Assembly (NCBI GenBank): GCA_964016885.1
Contig: OZ024743.1
Location: forward strand, 176,390,001-176,454,000
Direction of reading: 5' to 3'
DNA length: 64,000 bases
Origin: Eledone cirrhosa
Lineage: Eukaryota
Positions 12,401 through 26,400 of this stretch are shown here, piece by piece; the stretch's first letter is position 1; the number at the start of each line of letters is the position of its first letter. Under the pieces are notes generated by a model. The model was not told the DNA's origin. It saw nothing but the letters and a program-made list of their open reading frames with translations, and searched no databases. The position numbers were made by a program, and so were the translations under genes.

Positions 12401-12472
12401 TCTTCTTCTTCTTCTTCTTCTTCTTCTTCTGTGAGGGTCCTGGGGACTGACTCCTCAAACACTCCTTCCATA
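12400..12472 (-). mobile_element. RTE LINE extreme 3' end with (GAA)n tail
   Basis: GAGGGTC..GGGG..TCCTCAAACACTCCTTCCA matches 43691-43732. Preceded by (TTC)n. Confidence 0.65.
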
Positions 12473-12670
12473 CATCAAATTATTCTTTTACTACTCTCAG
12501 TCATTGGACTGTTGTTACGCTGGGCACACGCTTTGATTAAGACCATCATGGTGACCCCAATACTTATTTAATCCATCTCGTTTTCGTTGTACAACTAAAA
12601 ACAACACAAACACAAACGTAAACACAAGCTCACCCATGTAAATACACACATATACACAAACAAACAAACA

Positions 12671-12803
12671 TAACCGTTGAAAGTACTTCGTTAAAAATAG
12701 GAAACAAATACAATTAAAATAAAGTACTCAATGCGAGTAAAGAGGGTACATTAATTCATTTAAAAGGTTTCTCTAACACAACTAGTTTTGTTTATTTCAA
12801 TTA

Positions 12804-12806
<3 letters not shown>
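12671..12806 (+). mobile_element. PLE-like tail with HHR 3' half, ending in (AT)n
   Basis: GAAAGTACTT as in the 10056 HHR, followed by AATAAA and an (AT)n junction. The 5' core is missing. Confidence 0.4.
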
Positions 12807-12879
<73 letters not shown>

Positions 12880-12899
12880 GTATATCTATACACATACAC

Positions 12900-12953
<54 letters not shown>

Positions 12954-13850
12954 TGCATGTTTTAATTTGTATCAAGTGTGCGTAGGTATGTGTCTTTGTG
13001 TGTCTATCAATGTAACTGACTGTCTGATTCTCTGGAGATATCTCTATCCGGTTGGATGTTAATGCCCGCATGTGAGCTTATGTGCGCATGCGTATGTTTA
13101 TATTTTATGAGACCGTCTGTAGAAATAGAGAAACACAAACAAAAATCAAAAGGAAAAACGGCCGTCAATAAGATTTACAAAAATAGAATTTTGTATAAAC
13201 ATTAAAATTAACGTTTCCAACAATTGTATCACGTGATTTCACGAATGGCATTTAAATAATATCAGATGATTTAGAAGTATTTGCCATAGTTAGCGCCGGC
13301 GCCATTGACGTCGCTATCAACACCACAAATACTATTCTTAGAACATCGGTAGGTTTTGCAAGCGACTATCATCTCACTTGATCTCTTTTTTGATCATTCT
13401 GAATATCCAAGCCCGAAAAAACATGTTTAAATGATTCGATTGTTATCTTACTTATATTTTTTTTTATCATATTTCCTCTTTTATATAATAATTCTGTGCC
13501 CTACATTTAAGCTTGGCCCTTTAGGCTTATAGAGGATAAGAAACGAGTAATACTGATATTAATGCCTATTTTTTTTTTCTTTCTTAACTCTGAGGAAAAT
13601 GAATCCTGTAATTTAATCCCTCCCAGCTAAGTATTGAAACTGCTCCGAGGACTCATCATGAAATTTAGTGTGGGAAAATGACAACAACTAAAATGTACAT
13701 TCGTTTGTATATGTCATTGTGTGAGTGTCTATAATTATTTTGACTTTGTGTTGATACGTACATGGATGAGAATGCATTATGTATATATATGTAATAGAAG
13801 CAAATTATAAACTTCATGAAAAAAAGCATTCTTTCTTTATCCCCCCTCTC

Positions 13851-14450
13851 TGGTTCATCAGCGCGTGCAAGACTATACATTCCAGACAACTCTAAGAGAA
13901 TCTAAAGCGACCGTCCAGCTACATGGAGCAGAGAGATGACACAGCATGTTTAGGGCAGTGAACCAGTGGTATCTGAGGGACGAGCTGCTAGAAAGGGCAG
14001 CCCAAAACCACTCAAAGAAGTGTGCTCAACCAAACAGAAAGAGAGGAAAGACTATTATAAGGAGCGAAATATCACGATAAATTAACGGAGTCATAGACTC
14101 ACGTTTTTCCTTGTCACGTTATTCCCTGACTCTCTGCCGCGTGTAGCTGGACGGTCGCTTTAGATTCTCTTAGAGTTGTCTGGAATGTATAGTCTTGCAC
14201 GCGCTGATGAACCATAGGCTATTCCATTTCAGTCAACAACCTCGTGGTGAAACAGATCTCTTTGGATTTGTACGCGTGTGTTATATAGTTATAGAGGTGC
14301 GTATATACATTTTAATTTATATTTTTAATTATTGTGTGTCTACCCTGCCTTCCATAGATTATAGACTCCATACACTGGTGGTTTTCACTGTTTTATTGAT
14401 GGCACACTATCTCTCTGTAGTGTGTTACCTTTTCAACATATTGTATTTTA
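13851..14450 (+). mobile_element. PLE-like remnant with inverted pseudo-LTR segment and complete HHR
   Basis: Inverted arms 13851-13923 / 14143-14214, HHR at 14198-14278, and a tail ending at (AT)n. Confidence 0.7.
14198..14278 (+). ncRNA. Type I hammerhead ribozyme with full stem III
   Basis: CACGCG-CTGATGA-ACCA..TGGT-GAA-ACAGATC tctttg GATTTGT-A-CGCGTG: stem I CACGCG/CGCGTG, 7-bp stem III, GUA cleavage triplet. Confidence 0.85.
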
Positions 14451-15060
14451 TGTATATATATATATATATACAAATAAAATTATCGAGAATCGGAACTTCG
14501 GCCCACGAAATAACGAAAAACAATCTTCGAAATGTGCGGCAAAGTGCTCAATGGTTCGGATGAACCAGAGCTATAAGTAACGTTTAATACCAACACACTG
14601 AGATGATGCTTAAACAATCATTCGCACAGCCAAAAATACGATCAAGTAATTCGGGTCAAACAAATATAAAACTATATATGATTGAAAAATTTACCCGGAC
14701 CCCCTGGAAAGATGGTAAAATCCAGCATTTGGGTTTCTGCGGCTCCTAAATCAGGTATCGTCCGCCTACATAAAAAATGTCCGGCTTCTGGTAAGATGAT
14801 GAACAAGGAAGTCACTTTTTCAACAGGCCTTTAGTTCAATAATACAGGGGAAGACCTTACTAAAACCACGTGGGGATCAGCAAGGGAAGCAACCCCTATA
14901 TTAAGCGAATGAATTCAGTTGTGTATATTATTGTAAGAATACAAAATATCACAAATCGAATTAGAGTTCTCAACAGACGGGTTAAAGTTAACAAGAGCTA
15001 TTCATCAGTCAATAGGATCAACTAAAAAATCAATAAAATTAACTGATCAATAGCTAGAGT

Positions 15061-15282
15061 GTGAAGGCGTGTGGCTGAGTGGTTAGAGAATTGGATTCGC
15101 AATCGTAAGGTTGTGAGTTCGATTCCTGGACCAGGCGATGCGTTATGTCCTTGAGCAAGACACTTTATTTCACATTGCTCCTTCTACCTGGAGTTGCGAC
15201 CGATAGATAGTATTAGCAATTGGAAAGACCAACGGAAACATTGTTCCCTCGGTCCGATTTGACGAAAGTCGATCGTTCCTGA
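15061..15282 (+). mobile_element. tRNA-derived SINE with CORE-like domain
   Basis: A box TGGCTGAGTGG, B box GAGTTCGATTCC, CORE-like GTCCTTGAGCAAGACACTT. A second copy lies at 15936-16155. Confidence 0.75.
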
Positions 15283-15450
15283 TAGCTAGAGTCTGGAGAT
15301 AAATACAAATAAAATTATCGAGAATCGGAACTTCGGCCCACGAAATAACGAAACACAATCTTCGAAATGTGCGGCAAAGTGCTCAATGGTTCGGATGAAC
15401 CAGAGCTATAAGTAACGTTTAATACCAACACACTGAGACGATGCTTAAAC

Positions 15451-15934
<484 letters not shown>

Positions 15935-15935
15935 G

Positions 15936-16155
15936 GTGAAGGCGTGTGGCTGAGTGGTGAGAGAATTGGATTCACAATCTTGAGGTTGTGAGTTCAATTC
16001 CTGGATCGGGCGATGCGTTATGTCCTTGAGCAAGACACTTTATTTCACGTTGCTCCTTCTACCTGGAGTTGCGACCGATAGATAGTATTAGCAACTGGAA
16101 AGACCAACGGAAACATTGTTTCCTCGGTCTGATTTGACGAAAGTCGATCGTTCCT
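15936..16155 (+). mobile_element. CORE-like SINE, second copy
   Basis: Close match to 15061-15282. Confidence 0.75.
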
Positions 16156-17247
16156 ATATATACATACATAAAATATTGTTTGTATATGTCATTGTGTGAG
16201 TGTCTATAATTATTTTGACTTTGTGTTAATACGTACATGGATGAGAATGCATGATGTATATATATGTAATAGAAGCAATATATATATATTTATATATACA
16301 TATATATATATATATATAATTCGTTTTATATAAACTCACGGGCATGTAAGACGCCATAGCCGATTTCAGCAGGGAATATAAAAAGTAGCGTTTAGTGCAT
16401 TTATTCTTATATTGTTTATTGAGACACTTAACCAAGCAAAACTAAAAGAAAAATCGTGAAAAGAAACATCTTGAAAAAATTTCTAATAGAAATGCTGCTG
16501 TAATAGACAGAGAAAACAAAAGCAGTTTAACAGAAAATGCTTTCTGACAATATACTTTCCGGTAGAGAAATAAATACACATGCAGCATGGAATCAGAAAA
16601 GAAGAACAACCATTTGCAGTTAATATATCATGCTTGAATGTAATTATATAATATGAGAAGGAGAAAGAAAGAGTCTTAAATACAGTAGACGACATGTTAC
16701 ATGATATATGCTACCAGTACAGTTGTACATAAAGCAGAAACCCTGACATGAAGAAGAGTCATTTGCAGTGAAAATATCATATCATACTTGAATGCAGTTT
16801 GTAAACGGTACGAAAGAAAACAAAGCTTAACAATAGCAGAAAGTCTTTTATTTTAAAAGTGTGTCTTCATAATCGCCTGTCATTTTCTCTGTAATAGATC
16901 ATTTTGTACGCATCGTTAAACAATATTTTTGGGGAACCAATAGCATCAATGTTCTCTTCCTATAAAATTACAAAGGCAATGTTCTTTTCATAAACTCCTA
17001 GATGCTAATTATTACTTTGGTAAAAAAGAAAAAAAATCATTTCCCTATATATTTCAGAAATTTACCTCTAAATTATTTAACTGCAGGTTCTTTGAGTTAT
17101 GGTTTTGATAAAGGATAAAACTTTGTCTGGTATGGCATCGTATACGGTAATTGTATGTAAGTATGTATATTTATATGTATGTACATATGTATGTATATTT
17201 GTATGTATGAATGTATGTATGTATGTTTATGAATGTATGAAAGTATG

Positions 17248-18116
17248 TTATCTCTTTCTCTTAATTTCGAGTATATTTTTTGACCGGCCACCTTCCTGGT
17301 GGCAAGGTTGTAAAAGAAAAGAAATTGTCATCCCTTGAATCGCAAGAATGTTTTGCAAACTTTGAAGGTGCCAGCTATCGCAGCCATTTGTAGACTATGA
17401 ATTAGGGAGCTGTGCTTTTTGTCCGCAAATCCAAGTTCAGTCATACTTTGGTCCAAACGGGTTGGTATATAACCCGTAGCTCCAATAATGATGGGTATGA
17501 AGCTAAAGGTGTATCTTGGATACTGGATTTGTAAACTCCTCATCAATGGTCCGTAGATGTCCTCCTTCTCCTGTATTTTTCTGACAACGTTTACATCAAG
17601 TGGGCAGCTGATCTTCACAACAGAACACGTTTTCATTGTGTGATCACAAACAACAATATCAGACCGGTTGTGCTTTAATTTGGTGGCAGTTTTTATTTTC
17701 AGGTTCCACCAGTATTCCTTAGTGCCATCTGTCTCAATATATTCTTCCTAGTTTGTTGTTAATTTTGTTTTCCGAAGTGCGTTCCAGATGGTTCTAGCTA
17801 TCCCATCGTGTCTCATGGGGAGGTAGTAGCGAGATGACATTCTTTCGCAGCTGGCAACAATGTGGCTTACATCCTCGATCTTTGTTTTACATAGCCTACA
17901 TTTATTGTCAGCTGATGGCCCTCCTCTTTTGTGCAACAGATATTTGATAGGGAGTTCTTGTTCCTGTATTGCGTAGAGATATCCCTCAAGGTGTGATGCC
18001 ATAAACTTGTCGGAACTCCATGCCAGGCTTTTTGAGTGGTTTATCCCCTCTATGGTCTGCGTTTTACGTCTCAAGTATCCATGCACAACTTTTTCTGTAA
18101 ATTGGTCAATGTTTTC
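17248..18116 (-). mobile_element. RLE-type (R4/Dong-like) non-LTR retrotransposon, 5'-truncated 3' fragment inside (ATAC)n
   Basis: CRLCK..EDVSHIVASC..RHD zinc knuckle, then HNRSDIVV..ISCP..KEDIY..PIIIGATG restriction-like endonuclease. Flanked by (GTAT)n on both sides. Confidence 0.85.
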
Positions 18117-18497
18117 ATGTATGTATGTATGTATGTATGTATGTATGTATGTATGTATGTATGTATGTATGTATGTATGTATGTATGTTTATATGTATTT
18201 ACATATGTCTGTATGCATGCTTGTATGTATGTATGTATGTATGTGTATATGTGTGTATGTGTGTATGTATGCGTGTATGCATGTATTTATGTATATGTGT
18301 ATATATGCATGTATGTATGTATGCACGCATATATGTATGTATATATATCATTATAATAAATGTTATGGATCTAGTGTGAACCACATTGCGTCAGATGAGT
18401 TCAAATGAAAATGTGATATCTACTTCACTTACAAACAGTATTGACAAGTTGCATCAATAGTACAGCTTTCTCTTGCTACCTTACTATGTATGTATCT

Positions 18498-21365
18498 AAG
18501 GTTCTAGCTGCGGATAGGAATAGGAAGGAAAGGGAGCTAATAGATAGAGTAGAAGAGGCAATTAGAAGCGGCGACGTGGCCAGAGTGCTAGCGTCGAGAA
18601 CGGCTTTGAGCCAGTTTTTCGACGCGAAGCTCGAAGGCTGCGTTGTCCGAAGTAAAATACGTGCTCTAGGGAACGAGGGGACCAAAGCTGTTAGCTGGGC
18701 CCGCGTGACAGAGGCCAACAGTGGAACTAAATCCACCATCCGGTCTTTGCGAGACCTGGATGGACGGGCGATTCTTGAGCCTAAGCAGATGTGTGAGGCC
18801 TTTCAAAGGCACTTTGCCCGACTGTTCGGGAGGGGCGGGGAGCCGGTTGGGAACGTGGACTTCGGTCCATACCTCGACGGCCTGCCGCGCCTCTCGGACA
18901 GGGAGGCGAAGTCCTGCGAGGAGCCGATTTCGGCCGCTGAGATAGAGGACGTGCTGAGCCAATGCGGCAAACGCAAATCCCCGGGTCTCGATGGTCTTCC
19001 TTACGAATTATATCTAGCTATGCCGGACTTGTTCCCCGATCTCCTCGAGGCGGTCTACTGCAACTGGCGACAGAACGGGAGAATGCCCTGTACTGTGACC
19101 AAGGGCGTAGTCACGCTAGTGAGGAAGGACGAGAACAAGGGGGACGAACTAAGTAACTTCAGGCCCATAACTCTGCTAAATACAGAGTTACAGATTTTGG
19201 CCAAGGTGCTAGCAAAGAGGTTGGCGCTTGTCGTGGGCAACCTGGTGGGAGATGCGCAAACATGCGCTATCCCGTCCAGGTCCATCCATGACAACCTCCA
19301 CCTCATGCGATACATCATAGAGAGGGTTGGGAACGAACCCGGCTTTGGTGGGGCTCTGATCAACTTGGATCAATCTAAGGCGTTCGATAGGGTCGACCAT
19401 GGTTACCTGGATGCGGTGCTAGCGGCGGCAGGCTTCGGACCCGTTTTCAGGGGCTGGATCACTGCTATGCACAGCAGCCGCATCTGCTCTAGGGTCAAGG
19501 TGAACGGCTACCTCTCGGAGCCGTTCAAAATCGCGCGGTCCATCCGACAAGGGTGCCTTCTCTCCTCCCTTCTGTATGTGTTGACTCTCGAGCCACTACT
19601 GCGGAAGTTGGAGTTGTTGCAGGGCATCCCTTTGGAACCGGGATTGCGGAAAGCGGTGTCGGCCTACGCCGATGACGTGACAGTAATGGTGTCGACGGCC
19701 TCCGAAATCGAGGCGGTCGGCACCTTACTGGAGGAGTACGAAAAGTTCACAGGGGCTAAGCTGAACCGGGACAAGTCGATCGGTTTGCAACTCGGCACGT
19801 GGAGGGGCAGACCGATGCCCTCCGATGGCGTCGTCGGACGCTGGATGGAGGGCCCGGTGAAGTTGCTCGGGGTCTGGTTCGGACCGGACCTCCAGGTGGA
19901 GAAAAACTGGGCGGAGGTTACGAACAGGGTGTTTGCACTGACCCAGAAGTGGGCCAGTTGCAAACTATCCCTGAAAGGTCGGGCGGAGGTGGCGAACACC
20001 TACATAGCGTCCGTCATCTACTACCGCCTGACCGTATTGCCCTGCCCAAGGGAAACCCTCACCAAGATGGAGCGCGCGCTCTTCCAATTCCTTTGGAAGA
20101 GGCGGGCTCCTATGGTGAGGAGATCCATCTGCTGTCAACACCCTTCGAAAGGAGGGCTGGGGATGCCGTGGCTAATGATGCGTAAACACGCATTAAGGCT
20201 ACGGCACCTCTACGTATTCCTCGACGGACAACCGGTGTGGGCCTCGTTTGTGAGACGAACCTTTCCCAGACTCGTCTCACTCACCGAGCTGCAATCCTGG
20301 TCAAGCAAAGACCGAGAAAACTGGGCGCCTGGCACACTGAGTGTGCCCAGGCGCTCACCGCCCTCTGGCAGGCGGATCCGGTTATCAGTGGAGACTCCAC
20401 CGCAACATTCTATAGAGGGCTGGTACGCAGCAGGTGCGACGACGCCCTCGGAGAAGCCCTAGACATGGAGGAGGACGAACTGGCCAGCCTGTTCGGTAGG
20501 ACATTCAGCCCGGGACCTATGGACAACTTCCAGAAGTCCCTGGCCTGGCAGTGCTACCGAGGAGTTTTACCCGTTCGAGAAAGGCTCTACAGACACGGGC
20601 GCCCGGGTAGGGACCCCGCCAAAAAGATCTGTCCCAGATGCGTGTGCGACGAGGAAACCGTTGCACACGCATTGGTACACTGCTCGGGCGTAGCCGATCT
20701 GTGGGGCTATGTCGAACAACTGCTGTCAAGGGTGGGATTTATCCGGTTGACCACCGAGTCTATTGTAATGATCAAGCCGCCTCCCCCCTTCAAAGATGAA
20801 GCAGAGGCGGTGTTTCTGTGCGTAATAGCCATGGCGAAAGAGATTGTATGGTGGACGCGTCTGAAAGGACTGAGGTCAGGCACCTTTCTCTCTGGCCAAC
20901 AACTGGTCCGTTTCTTCCGATATCATTTCGGAAGAAGGATCAGGATGGAGAGAGAGGTGCTGCACCCCAGTCGTTTTTATGAAAGGTGGGTGAAAGTGGC
21001 GAGAATGGCCCGTGTGAATGGGCCTTCTCTTTACATAAGCCTGTAGGTGGAAAAGAGGAAGGAACGAGGGACCACCCCCTCTCTGTGCTCCTGAGGAAAA
21101 GGGTTGCACACTTTTTTCGGGGGTGTGTGCGACCCCACAAGGCGCCTCCTCTCTATTGAGGATTTTGTTATAAATTTTATTTTTTGTTATATTTTATAAC
21201 AAAATCCTCTATTGAGGATTTTGTTATAATTCTATTTTTTGTTATATTTTATTTTATTTTTATATATTGTTATTGCCTCCTCCCTATTGAGGACGCCTTG
21301 TTTTGTAAACTCCCCCCATTGTACTTGTCCCACTTTTGATGCCCTTGTGGAAAATAAAAGAAACA

Positions 21366-21398
<33 letters not shown>
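18498..21398 (+). mobile_element. Tx1 copy D, 5'-truncated, one frameshift near 20300
   Basis: RT ORF 18498-20300 and C-terminal ORF to 21046. Begins after ATGTATCT and ends in (ATCT)8. Confidence 0.93.
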
Positions 21399-21616
21399 CT
21401 GGGATGGACACACGCGTATAACTTGCTGAGTAAGTTCTGTTTAAATTTCTATAGAAATTATTGTCTGTTAACTTTAATTTTTGTACCATTTTGTAGAGGG
21501 ACTGCCAGTTCAAACTTTGATCTCGTCAGTCTCTCAAAATATTCTACGCCTTTAGGCGAAATAGTTAAACCAAAAAAAAAAAGTTTTTTCTTGTTGAAAA
21601 GTCAATATTTTTTTAA

Positions 21617-23404
21617 ATGGCCGAAGCTTCTTCACCAAAATTCGAAGGAGGAAAGGGAAAGATAAACTTACAGCTTCCCCCTGCCACTGTCACAGTAGCA
21701 GAGGTCAAGAAGAAAGGTCAGCCAGAGGAAGAATTCTCTCCACCTGTTAACCGACAACTTGACGTTGCCATGGCAACAACCCAAAGAACCAGCGGCACCA
21801 GCAACAGCAACTACAACAACAATGCGACGGACGAAAACAACACCAATAACAATAACAACAACAACAAGACCAATAACGGTGACAACAACAACAATGATAA
21901 CAATAACACCACCAATGACAACAACAACACAAACAAACAAAATTTCTCCTTCGCCGAGACGACAAGGAAAACCCTCGACTATCTGCCAGTAGATATAACC
22001 AAAGCGAAGGAGCTACTGGCAGATGCGAAAAAATATATACGGAGAAAATGGTTCATTCACAATCCATTCCCCCCTGGAACTAAAAAGCCAGAGACTCCTA
22101 AAGACGGTCATGTTTAGGACAATCTCGAACAAAAGTAAAAAGCCAGCTCAACCATCACAGAGTGAGATAGAGCTGGTTTTAAAAGACGTCATGAAGTACA
22201 TCACCTTCATTCAGAAGGATAGACTCTACGGGAGTCTATCCATTCTCATGAAGGACAGGGACACAGCAGTGAAACTGTCCATCAAACCAATCACATCCAC
22301 CGCATACACCTTCTACCCTACGTACATGGGTAGAAGAACACAACAAATAAAAATCCACACCATCCTGCCGATTATGGACATATGGTGGGTTTTGACAGGT
22401 TTCCTGGACCTGGAGGATGACATGCTGGTGTCCATGGGAAAGGCATCGGGTGACGCGTTCAGTGGAACGAGCCTCGAACTTGTAGTTCAAATGAGGCCCG
22501 AAAGGATCGCCCAGATCCCTGAACGCGTCATACTGGATGATCTATCCTTCATCAACATTACCGTTGAGGGTAGACGGCCCTCGTGTTACCTCTGCGGAAC
22601 CAGAGGTCACCTGAGGGCTGTCTGTCCCCAACTTAATAAGAAAACCCCAATCCTGCCTACACCACCAACAACTGCACAACCAACACAATCACCACAACTA
22701 CCACTACAAAAACAACCACCACAGCTCAAACCAAAACAAAACAATGTCCAACCCATCCCCTCCACTCAAAAAACAAAAACAATTTCCAAAACACCCGCAC
22801 CGCAAACACAGCCCGAAAATATACCCCTCCCCTCCAACGCGGAAGATGACCCTAGTTCGTCGTCAGACGAGGAGGAGCACTTCCACACAATCAAAAGAAA
22901 AAAAAGAAAACACACCTCAGACACACAAATGAAAACAACCCCTCCCCAAAACATGACACTGACACCAACACAAAAGAGCTCACAACAACAGCAAACAAAA
23001 AACACCACACAAAAACAAAAACATGCATACACATACATAAACACAAGAAACAAAAAACTGTTAAACATTGTGTACAACAACAATCTAATAAAAACACAAG
23101 GGCCTAACTTCACCCAGGCAGGGGATTTCCCCACCTCAAAATGATTAAGGCCCCACAGGACACCTATAAAACTTTAAAAAACAATTTTAAAGAGGACGTG
23201 GGTCCCCCCTGTGTCGGGCCCATTAACCGCGTCCTCCTAAAAATCTACCCCACCCCCTCCCCAAACACCCACACAACTCCCAGCTCCCCAACCACACAAC
23301 ACACTGATGCCCCTACACTTCCACAAACCACCACCCCACCCAACAACCCATCCCCCACCCTAATGGAAATTGTGCAGCCCGATACCCGGGACGCAGAGAG
23401 GTAA
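21617..23404 (+). pseudogene. Tx1 ORF1 (gag-like; Asn-rich N-terminus, CCHC knuckle, Pro/Thr/Gln-rich region), frameshifted
   Basis: ORF pieces 21617-22117, 22023-23144 and 23141-23404. EGRRPSCYLCGTRGHLRAVCP zinc knuckle. Confidence 0.85.
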
Positions 23405-23434
23405 GTGCCTTTTCTCTTCACCACCAACATAGCT

Positions 23435-26400
23435 ATGCTAAGAGTAGGCTGTTTAAATGCGCGTGGCCTTGGCTCAACTTGGAAGCAAGCAATGCTTCTA
23501 AATGACCTCAGGTCACAACGTATAGATGTGATGGTTATTTGCGAGGCCCGGATCAGCAACGTGCGACAGCTGGCCCCCACCTTTGATGACTTTGAGATGC
23601 ACGCATCTCTCTGTCAGCCCGGAGGTGGGGGTGGAGTTGTCGTTCTGCTGCAAAAACATCTGGGTCTCGCAACACAGATGGTACATTTGGACCCGGAGGG
23701 TCGACTAGTGGTTCTGGACCTTGGCAGTGGTAAAGGCGGAGCGTTTAGGTTGGTAGCCGCCTACGGCCCTTTCGGGTCAATGCGGCCGGACTTCTTCCAT
23801 CGTCTGGAGACTTTTCTAGGGACGTACCGCTCCTTGCTATTAGTGGGGGACTGGAATGGTATCCTAGATGCACGCTGGGACTACGTAGGGGCCTGCCCCG
23901 ATAGAGAGGGGTGTAATAGCCTCAAAGGGTTAATCGGTCGATTTGACCTGGCCGATAGATATTGACTAGATTTTCCGACTGCGCCAACCTGGACTTGGGC
24001 AAATCGTAGCGGATCATCTAGGTCGTACCTAGATAGGTTCTTAGTTAGAATTAAGGATAAGGACTTTTTAAGTTGTCCAAAAATGCGCATGGTTGGCTAT
24101 TCAGACCACAAATTAGTGACCTGCATGGTCAACCTTGACAGAACTCATAGACAGGGACCCGGTTACTGGAAGCTCAACTTGTCCTTACCGGCAAGTAAGG
24201 CTTACAGGAACCGGATTAGCACTTTAGTTAAGGAGCGGTTGACGGGCGCCATCGTCAACAGCAGGTGGTGGGGATCTCTCAAAAGAGAGATTAGAGTAGT
24301 CTCTATAGAATTTAGTAAGGAGTTAGCCTCAAATAGAAATAGGAAGGAAAGGGAGTTGGTAGATAGTGTAGAAGAGGCAATTAGAAGCGGCGACGTGGCC
24401 AGAGTGCTAGCGTCGAGAACGGCCCTGGGCCAGTTCTTCGACGCGAAACACGAAGGCTGCATCGTCCGAAGCAAAATACGTGCTCTGGGAAACGAGGGGA
24501 CCAAAGCTGTTAACTGGGCCCGCGTGACAGAAGCCAAAAGAGGGAGCAGATCCACTATCCGGTCTTTGCGAGACCAGGATGGACGGGTGATCCTTGAACC
24601 TAAGCAGATGTGCGAGGCTTTTCAAAAGCACTTTGCCGGATTGTTCGGAAGGGGCGGGGTCCGTTTGGGACGTGAACTTCGGTCCATACCTCGACGGCCT
24701 GCCGCGTCTCTCGGACAGGGAGGCGAAGTCGTGCGAGGAGCCGATTTCAGCCGCTGAGATAGAGGACGTGCTGAGCCAATGCGGCAAACGCAAATCCCCG
24801 GGTCTCGATGGTCTTCCATACGAACTATATCTAGCTATGCCGGACTTGTTCCCCGAACTCCTCGAGGCGGTCTACTGCAACTGGCAACAGAACGGGAGAA
24901 TTCCGTGTGCTGTGACCAAGGGCGTAGTCACGCTAGTGAGGAAGGACGAGAACAAGGGGGACGATATAAATAATTTCAGGCCCATAACTCTGCTAAATAC
25001 AGAGTTACAGATTTTGGCCAAGGTGCTAGAAAAGAGGTTGGCGCTTGTCGTGGGCAACCTGGTGGGAGATGCGCAGACATGTGCTATCCCGTCCAGGTCC
25101 ATCCACGATAACCTCAACCTCATGCGATACATCATAGAGAGGGTTAGGAACGAACCCGGCTTTGGTGGGGCCCTGATCAACTTGGATCAATCTAAGGCAT
25201 TCGATAGGGTCGACCATGGTTACCTGGATGCGGTGCTAGCGGCGGCAGGCTTCGGACCCGTTTTCAGGGGCTGGATCAATGCCATGCACAGCAGCCGCAT
25301 CTGCTCTAGGGTCAAGGTGAACAGCTACCTCTCGGAGCCGTTCGAAACGCGCGGTCCATCCGACAGGGGTGCCCTCTCTCCTCCCTTCTGTATGTAATGA
25401 CTCTAGAGCCACTGCTGCGGAAGTTGGAGTTGTTGCAGGGCATCCCGTTGGCACCGGGATTGCGGAAAGCGGTGTCAGCCTACGCCGATGACGTAACAGT
25501 AATGGTGTCGACGGCCTCGGAAATCAGGGCGATCGGCACCTTACTGGAGGAGTACGAAAGGTTTACAGGGGCTAAGCTGAACCGGGACAAGTCGATCGGT
25601 CTGCAACTCGGCACGTGGAGGGGCAGATCGATGCCCTCCGATGGCGTCGTCGGGCGCTGGACGGAGGGCCCGGTGAAGTTGCTCGGGGTCTGGTTCGGAC
25701 CAGACCTCCAGGTGGAGAAGAACTGGGGTGAGGTGACGAACAGGGTGTTTGCACTGACCCAGAAGTGGGCCGAGTGCAAACTGTCCCTGAAAGGACGGGC
25801 GGAGGTGGCGAAAACTTATATAGCGTCCGTCATCTACTACCGCCTGACCGTTGTGCCTTGCCCAAGGGAAACGCTCGCCAAAATGGAGCGCGCACTCTTC
25901 CAATTCCTTTGGAAGAAGCGGGCTCCTATGGTGAGGAGATCCATCTGCTGTCAACACCCTTCGAAAGGAGGGCTGGGGATGCCGTGGCTAATGATACGTA
26001 AACACGCATTAAGGCTACGGCACCTTCAGGTATTCCTCTCCGGTCAACCGGTGTGGGCCCTGTTTGTGAGGCGAGCCTTTCCCAGACTCGTCTCACTCAC
26101 CGAGCTGCAATCCTGGGTCAAGCAAAGACCGAGAAAACTGGGCGCCTGGCACACCGAGTGTGCCCAGGCACTCACGGCTCTCTGACAGGCGGACCCGGCT
26201 GTCAGTGGAGAATCCACCTCGTCATTCTATAGAGGGCTGGTGGTTAGCAGGTGCGACGACGCCGTCGGAGAAGCCCTAGGCATGGAGGAAGACGAACTGG
26301 CCAACCTGTTCGGTAGGACATTCAGCCCGGGACCCATGGAACTTCCAGAGGTCCCTGGCCTGGCAATGCTACAGAAGGGCTCTGCCCGTTCGAGAAAGGC

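Noticed and set aside
15061-15140. tRNA gene
   Set aside because: A and B boxes are present, but the acceptor stem is poor and it runs into a CORE-like SINE body.
18441-18497. N-terminus of the 673-aa ORF
   Set aside because: Flanking DNA fortuitously in frame with the truncated copy D.
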